Shown piece by piece: positions 15,901-23,163 of a DNA stretch of 25,255 nucleotides. Source of the DNA: a virus (taxonomy: Duplodnaviria > Caudoviricetes); the IMG/VR virus record IMGVR_UViG_3300025674_000355, positions 1 through 25,255 of that record, one strand, 5' to 3'. Position 1 is the first letter of the stretch; the number at the start of each line of letters is the position of its first letter. The notes beneath the pieces were generated by a model. The model made no database searches, was not told the origin of the DNA, and worked only from the letters and a program-made list of their open reading frames with translations. The translations under genes were made by a program, and so were the position numbers.

Positions 15901-16422
15901 ATGTTTGAATTGACCCCAGCCCAGCGCCTTGCCATCTATGTCTTCAGCCAGGATCTCAACAACATTGAGGCCATTGAGGCCTTGAATGCTGCCATGCCAC
16001 AGCGCTTTGACGCTGGCGACACCAGCCCCTTCATCTATGACGCTGATCACCTGCTTCAGATTGGTGGTGGCAGTGACTGGCTTGATCTCGTCTTTGAAGA
16101 TGGCCAGCTGCATGGCGAGCATGGCGCTGTGGATCTGGCCAGCGCTGAGCCTGCCATTGAGGCCATGGCTGTGCAGTGGCTTAATGATGCCAAGTGTGAC
16201 TTGGAGGCCCTGGTGCATGATGAGATTGATGGTGTGAGCTATGACGCCACACCCCTTGAAGCTGCCACCATCATCTGTGGCACTGTGGATGCCATGGGCT
16301 TCAAGCTCAGCCAGGCGCCAGCGCTTGAAGACATCGCTGGCATCATCTCAGGCTCTGGCACTGAAGAAGAGCGCGCCAGCAAGGTCATGGCGCACATCAT
16401 CAGCCTGAGCGCAGATGCCTAA
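15901..16422 (+). CDS. Highly acidic hypothetical early protein
   Basis: ATG 15901 after AAAGGA; 173 aa; hand count 31 D/E versus 6 K/R. Confidence 0.75.
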   Translation: MFELTPAQRLAIYVFSQDLNNIEAIEALNAAMPQRFDAGDTSPFIYDADHLLQIGGGSDWLDLVFEDGQLHGEHGAVDLASAEPAIEAMAVQWLNDAKCDLEALVHDEIDGVSYDATPLEAATIICGTVDAMGFKLSQAPALEDIAGIISGSGTEEERASKVMAHIISLSADA

Positions 16423-17464
16423 GCCACTTGATGCCAGATGCCAGATCCCAAAAGATCTGACATCTGCCAGGCCCTTCAATCTCAGGCTGGACCACCACTA
16501 AAGCAGACTCCCCATGCTGCTGTTCGGGAAAGCCACCCCTCTTGGCATAGCCATCAGCCTTCTTGTATCCCCTCACTCTGATTGCACTTGTGACCCTGCC
16601 ACGCCTGTGCTCGCTGGTCAGTTCACCCCACTGGTGGATGTGGCCAGCTGCAAAGATGTGGGCTTCACCATCAAGCAGGGCCTCTTTATGTGGGCCGTGG
16701 GTAGGGTGAAACCAGCTGCGCCCCCTGAAGTCATGCCTGAGCTTGATCACCAGGGCTTCAAGGTCTGGCCTGTCTCGCCATTGCAGGTATAAGCGCAACT
16801 CGTCTGGGTCATAGCACTTCACACCATTCTGCTCACAAAGCCATTGCAAGGGGTCAAGGCCTGGCACATGTGACCATGCATCATGGTTGCCACCCACCAC
16901 TGCCAGCCACTGCCCCTGGCTCAGAAGCCACTCGCTGGCTTTCCACCCCTCAGAAGCCAGGCTTGACGAGTTTGCATAGAGCTTGCCTAGCCTGCCAATC
17001 CAATTATCTTGCATGTCACCAATGCAGGTGATCAGCACCCCTGGCTCACACAGCAGCTTGATGTGGTCATGGAGTGCAGACCAGTCACAGCCATCATTGT
17101 CGACGTGTGGATCGCCTATGATGGCAATGGCCATGGGCTCAGCTGGCAGTGTCACCAGGCGCGCTGGATTGTGCTTTGCTCGCTTGCGCTTGCTGGCGCG
17201 TACCCTGGCCTTGATCCATTCTTCAATGGGCTCATCTGGCAGGGGCTGGGGTCTGCTCACTTCCACAGACAGTGGCTGTGTGGCGCTCAGGAAGTCTTCA
17301 GTGGTGGGTGGGTGCTGGCCTGTCCAATACTGCCAGCGCAGTGGATGGGCTGGGTCTTTGCGCCTGAGGGGACAGCCAGCTGTGCCACGCTCACATCTGC
17401 TTCTCAGGGTGCTTTGGCCTATGCCAAAGTGCTCAGCAGCTTCTCTGGCATTGACCCACATCAC
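16400..17464 (-). CDS. Calcineurin-like metallophosphoesterase with N-terminal HTH
   Basis: IGDPH, IGDMQDN, GGNHD, RH and AGHIH motifs; N-term NAREAAEHFGIGQSTLRSR. Confidence 0.85.
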   Translation of the reverse strand: MMWVNAREAAEHFGIGQSTLRSRCERGTAGCPLRRKDPAHPLRWQYWTGQHPPTTEDFLSATQPLSVEVSRPQPLPDEPIEEWIKARVRASKRKRAKHNPARLVTLPAEPMAIAIIGDPHVDNDGCDWSALHDHIKLLCEPGVLITCIGDMQDNWIGRLGKLYANSSSLASEGWKASEWLLSQGQWLAVVGGNHDAWSHVPGLDPLQWLCEQNGVKCYDPDELRLYLQWRDRPDLEALVIKLRHDFRGRSWFHPTHGPHKEALLDGEAHIFAAGHIHQWGELTSEHRRGRVTSAIRVRGYKKADGYAKRGGFPEQQHGESALVVVQPEIEGPGRCQIFWDLASGIKWLRHLRSG

Positions 17465-17802
17465 CCATCTCCATGCTTGCTGCGCTCTTCAAGCCTGATG
17501 ACTCGCCTGTCCACATCCACAACTTGTGTGGCAATCTCGCCGACCTGCTTGGCAATGGCGCTCATCTGCCCATTGATGGGCTCTAGCTGAGTCACCAAAA
17601 GCTCTTTGAAGCTATCGAGTGTTGGCAGGGCGCTCAGGCTGGCTTGGCTGGCAGCGTTCCGTTGCTCCAGCTGCTCAGTGCGCTCTCGCAATCTGTCCAG
17701 CTGCGCCACCAGGCGAGACACCACCCAGCCAATGATGCTGGTGATGATGCCAAAGACCCCAGATGCCACAGCCATCAGGATGGCCAAAGACTCAGCAGAC
17801 AT
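17461..17802 (-). CDS. Single-TM plus coiled-coil membrane protein (lysis-cassette holin/spanin-like)
   Basis: N-terminal TM (AILMAVASGVFGIITSIIGWVV), coiled coil ending DVDRRVIRLEE. Confidence 0.55.
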   Translation of the reverse strand: MSAESLAILMAVASGVFGIITSIIGWVVSRLVAQLDRLRERTEQLEQRNAASQASLSALPTLDSFKELLVTQLEPINGQMSAIAKQVGEIATQVVDVDRRVIRLEERSKHGDG

Positions 17803-18101
17803 CATCCACCCCCTGAAAGGCGCTTGAAGCCTTCTTTGCCAGATAGGAAAGCCAGCACCACAATCAGTGGCTGGATCGTCTCTTCAGTGATCTGGCCTTG
17901 GCTCGCCAGCCACATCAGCCAGGCCAGCAAGCCACCACCCACCACAAGCAGTGTGATGGCTATGGCAGTCTCCTGCCAGCTGGCCTTGCCATCCTTGTCA
18001 AAGTCGATGGGGCTTTGTGTCGCCTCAGGGGCTTTGTCAGTGGCCTTCTCAGGCCCTTCTTCAGGCTTTTCTGTTGCATCCATGTCTGGCCGCGCCTCCA
18101 T
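17802..18101 (-). CDS. Putative two-TM holin with EF-hand-like loop
   Basis: Two hydrophobic segments, basic C-tail, DFDKDGKASWQE loop; alternative start 18083. Confidence 0.55.
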   Translation of the reverse strand: MEARPDMDATEKPEEGPEKATDKAPEATQSPIDFDKDGKASWQETAIAITLLVVGGGLLAWLMWLASQGQITEETIQPLIVVLAFLSGKEGFKRLSGGG

Positions 18102-18105
18102 GCTT

Positions 18106-18381
18106 TCATTGCGCCTCAGGCTCGCTGGCTGGCTTGCAGTCTACCCTGATGACTGTCCTATTCTCAGCCACCACTTCTTTGCCATTGGCGATCTGCCAGC
18201 GCCCCAGCTCGTATGACCACACCAGGGTCTGGCCACACTCGTCTTCACCAAACTCTGGCACAGCTGCTGAGCGCGCCAGATCAGACCAGTCAATGTCTGC
18301 CCCTGAGGGGCGTTTGCCAGCACAGGCAGTCAAGACAAGTGCCAGCGCCAACAGTGTGATTATTGTGCAGTCTCGTTTCAA
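18106..18381 (-). CDS. Lipoprotein (o-spanin-like)
   Basis: TTG start after GGAGGG; signal peptide with lipobox LVLTA-C; located in the lysis region. Confidence 0.65.
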   Translation of the reverse strand: MKRDCTIITLLALALVLTACAGKRPSGADIDWSDLARSAAVPEFGEDECGQTLVWSYELGRWQIANGKEVVAENRTVIRVDCKPASEPEAQ

Positions 18382-18515
18382 GGCTTTGCCCTCCATTGGC
18401 AGACACAGCGCCACAGGGCGCTGAAGATCTGCCCCAATGCCATCAGCGCAAGATAGACACAGCACAGGGCTATCATGCCCACCAGGCCAGCCAGCGCCAC
18501 ATCAGCCACAATCAT
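18378..18515 (-). CDS. Small Cys-rich membrane peptide (45 aa)
   Basis: Not in the ORF track. MIVADVALAGLVGMIALCCVYLALMALGQIFSALWRCVCQWRAKP* fills the gap and overlaps both neighbours (TTGA at 18378-18381). Confidence 0.55.
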   Translation of the reverse strand: MIVADVALAGLVGMIALCCVYLALMALGQIFSALWRCVCQWRAKP

Positions 18516-19560
18516 GGGCTTCAGTCAGACGCCAGTCGTCTGCCTCAGTGTCTTCTTTGCGCAGTGTAGTGCCAGCGCGCCACATGCTGGCGTATTCATC
18601 ACCCCACATCAGCCTGTCAAGCGCATCTGCAAAGGTGTATTCAGCGTCTGGCCCTGGCTCAGGCTCAGGCCCTGGCTCAGGGCACTTGACCTTGGCAAGC
18701 TCCCTGAGGAAGTCTTGACGCTGCAAGCGCTCTTTGGTGCTGCCCTTGATGTGCTTCCATGACCAATAGCTGAAGCGACGCACACCCAGATCAATGCTTG
18801 TCTGTGCAGCGAGCCACAGCGCATCGACGCCTGTCACACCTGTGGGGTGATCTTGCGCATAGATCGCCATGCCAAAGACCAGTGCATCAAGGTGCCCATC
18901 TTCAAGCATTGGGCTCCATGTCTGCCACGTGTTGGTTTGAATCACACCAGGCCTGAAGAAGGGGCTGTGTGTCCATGCCTTGTCTGCCTGATACTGGCTA
19001 TAGGCCTGTGGTTCACCCACACGCACTTCAGGCCTGGCAAGCAGTGCAGCATCTTGAAGCCTTGGACCTTTCCTGAAAGGCACAGCAGTGCAGCTGAGAT
19101 AGCACCCATCATGGCCAGCCTGAGCTTCAGCCAGGCCCTCTGCCAGATCGCCTGCCAGGGTGGCGCCAGCTGGGCCCCATCCACTGGCATTGCTGTTACC
19201 CTCAGCATCAATGCTGATGAAGTCTGGCACCAGCTGGCGCGCTGGCTTGTCGAGATCTCGCCAGCCATAGAGCCTGCCCATGTCTTCAATGGTCTCATCC
19301 ACTGCCTGAGCTTGCGCCACAGGCCAGATCATCACACCCACTTCATCAGCGCCTGCAAGCCTCAGCGCTGCAATGGCGCGCCTCAGATGGCTCACAGCCC
19401 ATCTGGATCTGTGCAGTGGCTTGATGCCCACATTGGTGACAATGCATGGCCTGGTGATGCCACAGGCTGTGATGGCTTGCGCCCATTGCGCCAGCGCTTC
19501 ATCTGTTTTGCCTGGCTGTGGCCCATCAATCCAGGCGCCCACTTGAATGTGTTCTGTCAT
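18502..19560 (-). CDS. Putative TIM-barrel glycoside hydrolase / endolysin
   Basis: FISIDAE (DxE), PQAY and SYWSW motifs as in GH25/GH18-like barrels; PEPGPEPEPGP linker; upstream of membrane and lipoprotein genes. Confidence 0.55.
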   Translation of the reverse strand: MTEHIQVGAWIDGPQPGKTDEALAQWAQAITACGITRPCIVTNVGIKPLHRSRWAVSHLRRAIAALRLAGADEVGVMIWPVAQAQAVDETIEDMGRLYGWRDLDKPARQLVPDFISIDAEGNSNASGWGPAGATLAGDLAEGLAEAQAGHDGCYLSCTAVPFRKGPRLQDAALLARPEVRVGEPQAYSQYQADKAWTHSPFFRPGVIQTNTWQTWSPMLEDGHLDALVFGMAIYAQDHPTGVTGVDALWLAAQTSIDLGVRRFSYWSWKHIKGSTKERLQRQDFLRELAKVKCPEPGPEPEPGPDAEYTFADALDRLMWGDEYASMWRAGTTLRKEDTEADDWRLTEAHDCG

Positions 19561-19886
19561 GGTGCCAGCCCTTCAAGGTGTGTCTGGATCGCATCAAGCA
19601 ATTCAGCCTTCAGCGAGGTCTCAGACAGGCTCAGGCCAAGATCAGCGCCAAGCGCCACAAGCTCAGCCTTGGTCAAGCCATCAGTCAGCATGGTGTGGGC
19701 TTCTGACAGGCTCAGGCCAGTGTCAATGCGCACCAGGCCAGCGCCTGTGATGGTGGTGGTGGCTGGCGCGCTGTGATGCTCAGCCTGTGCAGCATCTGCC
19801 TGTGTGATGGTGTATCCAGCCAGCGCCTTGAAAAGCACCCTGTCAGCTTTAGGAAGATCGCTAGATGTGTGTTGATAAATGTTCAT
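19557..19886 (-). CDS. Small protein with C-terminal Rho-N/HeH-like helical motif
   Basis: LTKAELVALGADLGLSLSETSLKAELLDAI. Confidence 0.6.
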   Translation of the reverse strand: MNIYQHTSSDLPKADRVLFKALAGYTITQADAAQAEHHSAPATTTITGAGLVRIDTGLSLSEAHTMLTDGLTKAELVALGADLGLSLSETSLKAELLDAIQTHLEGLAP

Positions 19887-20695
19887 CAGCTATACCTGAA
19901 AGCAGCCGCTTCTTCACATTGAATGATGGCTGGATCTTGTGGTGTCGTGTTGGCAGTGTAAAGCGCAATTTTGCTCGTCACAGTGGAGCTTGTTACGTCG
20001 CCTTCTTCAATGGCGAGCATGTTATCACCGTCAATCAGATATGCCTTCTGAAGTGTATCAGTGCTTGTGTTGTCCACTTCAAGGGCCACCCACACTGGTG
20101 TGGTGACTGAAGTCAGATCACCCTTGGCATCAGGGTCGATTGTGCTGAAGCTCTCCAAGATGCCCACACTGCCAGCTGAGCCATTGGCAAGCGTAAAGCG
20201 AAAGAAAGCTGCGCCTGTATGAAGCCACAGATTATTGTTGGCTTTCTGTGCGCCTGTGATGCCTGTGATCTTCAAGATCACCAGACCCTTTGCAAGTGCA
20301 GTGGTGGGTGTAAATTCAAGCTGGGCAACTGTTGTGGCAGGGTTTGGTGAAGAGCAGATCAGCGCAGCGCCAGCGCTCTTTGTGACACTGCCTGTGCCAG
20401 TCGTTGAGACCACCCAGCCTCTGCCAGTCACATCAGCCAATGCATCAGCCTTGGCAAACTCAGCGCTCCCTGTGGCATTGGTGACAAGTCCGCTGATGCG
20501 ATTGTATGCCCTTGGTGGCACCAGCCACCCCAGATCGCCTGTCAAGGCTGCAAAGGTGCGCCCATCATCAAGCTGATAAATGTCACCATCGCTGGCGCCA
20601 GCATCAGCCCTGAGCGCTGCAAGGGCTGTGGTGTAGTCAGCATATGGGCCCTTCACACCCTCAGAAGGTGTGATGCCCCATGAAAAGAAGCCCAT
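19886..20695 (-). CDS. Putative tail fibre/receptor-binding protein
   Basis: Start trimmed to ATG 20695 (MGFFSWG, AGGGG RBS); Thr/Ala/Gly-rich and beta-rich; end of the tail block. Confidence 0.55.
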   Translation of the reverse strand: MGFFSWGITPSEGVKGPYADYTTALAALRADAGASDGDIYQLDDGRTFAALTGDLGWLVPPRAYNRISGLVTNATGSAEFAKADALADVTGRGWVVSTTGTGSVTKSAGAALICSSPNPATTVAQLEFTPTTALAKGLVILKITGITGAQKANNNLWLHTGAAFFRFTLANGSAGSVGILESFSTIDPDAKGDLTSVTTPVWVALEVDNTSTDTLQKAYLIDGDNMLAIEEGDVTSSTVTSKIALYTANTTPQDPAIIQCEEAAAFRYS

Positions 20696-20699
20696 GATA

Positions 20700-20996
20700 T
20701 CACCCCTGAAGAATGGCCAGCTTGGTGGTGGCAGTGTCTGCAATGCCATTGATCTGGCCATTGGGCACAGCTGTGGCAAACTCAATGGAGCCACCAGCCA
20801 CCAGCTTGAAGCCTGTGGTGGATGAAGCTGTGTCACCATCAAAGGTCAAATAGATGTTGTTTGACCCAATGTTCTGCACAAGCAGATACTTCCTGACACC
20901 AGCTGCCAGCACTTCACCTGAGCCTGTGTGAAGCACATCCACCACTGACTGAGCGCCCCCAAAGGTATAGGGGACATTGTGCGCAATAACTCTCAT
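20700..20996 (-). CDS. Small beta-rich virion structural protein
   Basis: AGGAG RBS; RKYLLVQNIGSNNIYLTFDG...GFKLVAGGS. Confidence 0.6.
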   Translation of the reverse strand: MRVIAHNVPYTFGGAQSVVDVLHTGSGEVLAAGVRKYLLVQNIGSNNIYLTFDGDTASSTTGFKLVAGGSIEFATAVPNGQINGIADTATTKLAILQG

Positions 20997-21014
20997 GTGT
21001 CTTGACTCCTATTG

Positions 21015-21098
21015 AGTGCCACTGTGTGTGGCGCTGGCACCAGGCGCCAGCGAGTTGACTTTAATTTAATGCCAGCCTGCAAGCCTGCAAGCCAGCCC
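21015..21098 (-). promoter_or_regulatory. Intergenic region with candidate internal promoter and leader hairpins
   Basis: Minus strand: tandem GGCTTGCA x2, then AT-rich TAAATTAAA, then hairpin CGCTGGCGC-CTG-GTGCCAGCG. Confidence 0.4.
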
Positions 21099-21099
21099 C

Positions 21100-21651
21100 T
21101 CAGATGCTCGTCTGGTCTTCAAGCGCCCTGAAGCCCCACAAGATGGCATCTGTGCTCACTGGCACAGGCGCCATGCTTACCCTGATGAAGACATCTTGCA
21201 CCCCGCTCCATGTCTGGGTTTGTGTCTCAGTGATGGGCGCAATCTCAGCGCCACCAGTGTATGCACTCAGGCTGGCGCCTGTGTCTGTGCGCCTGATGTC
21301 CACTTTAATCTGGCCTTGGTAGCGCGCCACCCATGTCACGCTGAAGCGATCCACACCAGCCAGGGCTGGCGATTCAAGGGCTATGGCAAAGGTGACTGTG
21401 GGCGCTGTGGCTTCTTTGTAGATGTATGAGACGGTTGAGTCAGTGACGACCCCCTTACTCCAGACATCAAGCAGGGCTCGTCTGTTGATGGTGCTGTATA
21501 CGTGATTGCTGTTTTCAAGCAGGATCTGTTGCTCATCAACAGACCCACCCCCAATGATGTTGACACCATCTGCCACGCTGATCTGGCTGGCGCCTGTCTC
21601 GTCTGCAATGCTGCCAATGACCCTGAAGAAGGTGTTGTTTTGAATCGCCAT
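21100..21651 (-). CDS. Hypothetical tail-associated protein
   Basis: 183 aa, 1-nt overlap with the upstream gene, beta-rich composition. Confidence 0.6.
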   Translation of the reverse strand: MAIQNNTFFRVIGSIADETGASQISVADGVNIIGGGSVDEQQILLENSNHVYSTINRRALLDVWSKGVVTDSTVSYIYKEATAPTVTFAIALESPALAGVDRFSVTWVARYQGQIKVDIRRTDTGASLSAYTGGAEIAPITETQTQTWSGVQDVFIRVSMAPVPVSTDAILWGFRALEDQTSI

Positions 21652-23159
21652 CAGAAGCCCTCATCTATCAGCACTGTGCAAGCTGGATAATAAAGAATGA
21701 TGCTTGTTTCAGTGGTGCCATTGCTGATGGCTGGCTCAATGTCTTCACCCCTGATCTGAAGACGCAGCAAGCGCGCTGTGTCGCTGGCGCTGGCAGCTTG
21801 CTCTTCAAAGGTCGCATCAATCAGCCTGAGGCCATGGGTGCCATTGAGCACATCTGCATAAACCCATGTGCCATCAAGATGCTGAGTGTTGGCAGCTGCA
21901 AAGGTAAAATAAAGCCTGTCTGCTGTCTCATTGGTGCCAAAGCCAGCACCAGCCATGGGTGTCAGATCAATGGTGGCGCCTTGCACATCTGGTGTGGCTA
22001 CGTCACCACCACCAATGTCTTCAAGGGTGGCTCTCAGGCGCACTGTAAAGCCTCTGGCTTCTCTGTCAGTGACTGAGCCAGCCACCAAGGCCAGCGCCCT
22101 ATATCTGCGCCTGGTGTTGAGTGTGGCTGTCCTAGTGTCGATGCGATAGGTCGGAAGCTCGCCACCCACAGCCATGTATGCATCAAGGTATGTGGACTCT
22201 TTGTAATATTCAGCCATGCCCCACATGCGCCCACTGTCACGCACATCAGGCGAGCCACCCACATTGACCACCCTGGTGCGCTCAGCTGCCAGCGCGCGCT
22301 GGCGTCTGTAGATTTCCGAATATGTGCGAGCCCTTGGAGCCATGCCAGGCCTGAGTGCATTGGCCTGGCTTGCTGGCGATGTGAAGGCAGTCTCTGTCAA
22401 GCTCCAGCCATACAGCAAGAAGCGCCCAAGCTCAGTGATGGTGGCTCTGAACTGCTGATAAGCCACCAGGCGCCGATCTAAGCGGGGCAGCACATAGACT
22501 TCATCATGCCCATTCTCATAGACGATCATCACAGGCCCTTGATACTGATACACATCAGCCGGCGCTGTGCCTGTGCTGTCTTCACTGAAAGTCATCTGCC
22601 AGCGCTTGGTGTCGTCATAGGTGGCAGCGAGTGTGGTGCCAAGGTCTATTTTGTACCGATTGGCAGTGATGTCATTGGCATGGCGATCATCACTGGCAGT
22701 GTTGCCAGTGTTCAGGGCCGATTGGAACACCAGCCATGGCACCACCACATCACCAGCCAAGTTGGTGACATCAAAGGTAAACTCGACCTCTTGATCTGAG
22801 GCATCATCAAGGATAGGGGTCATGCTTACATTGTCATAGACCACCCCACTGAGCGCCATCAACACCAAGCGAGCATTGAGCGCTGTGCCACCAGCGCCAT
22901 CAATGCTGGCAAGACCTCTGATCTTCAGCGTCAGCTCAGTGCATGTGGGGCTGATGTGCCATGGGCTCAGTGGCACACAAGACAGGCCAGCGCTTGCCAG
23001 GGTGGGCCTGGCATCTGAGCCATACGACATGCCAGCGCCCCTGCCCCTGTCTGCCCATGCTTGCACACCATTGGCATCCATGCCCTGTGACACAAAGGCA
23101 TCAAGGGGCCTGCTCAGGGTCAAGTCAATGGCTGCGCTGTCCAGCTTCTTAAAGGCCAT
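21651..23159 (-). CDS. Hypothetical tail/baseplate protein
   Basis: 502 aa ORF in the structural block; no catalytic motifs recognised. Confidence 0.6.
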   Translation of the reverse strand: MAFKKLDSAAIDLTLSRPLDAFVSQGMDANGVQAWADRGRGAGMSYGSDARPTLASAGLSCVPLSPWHISPTCTELTLKIRGLASIDGAGGTALNARLVLMALSGVVYDNVSMTPILDDASDQEVEFTFDVTNLAGDVVVPWLVFQSALNTGNTASDDRHANDITANRYKIDLGTTLAATYDDTKRWQMTFSEDSTGTAPADVYQYQGPVMIVYENGHDEVYVLPRLDRRLVAYQQFRATITELGRFLLYGWSLTETAFTSPASQANALRPGMAPRARTYSEIYRRQRALAAERTRVVNVGGSPDVRDSGRMWGMAEYYKESTYLDAYMAVGGELPTYRIDTRTATLNTRRRYRALALVAGSVTDREARGFTVRLRATLEDIGGGDVATPDVQGATIDLTPMAGAGFGTNETADRLYFTFAAANTQHLDGTWVYADVLNGTHGLRLIDATFEEQAASASDTARLLRLQIRGEDIEPAISNGTTETSIILYYPACTVLIDEGF

Positions 23160-23163
23160 TGGC

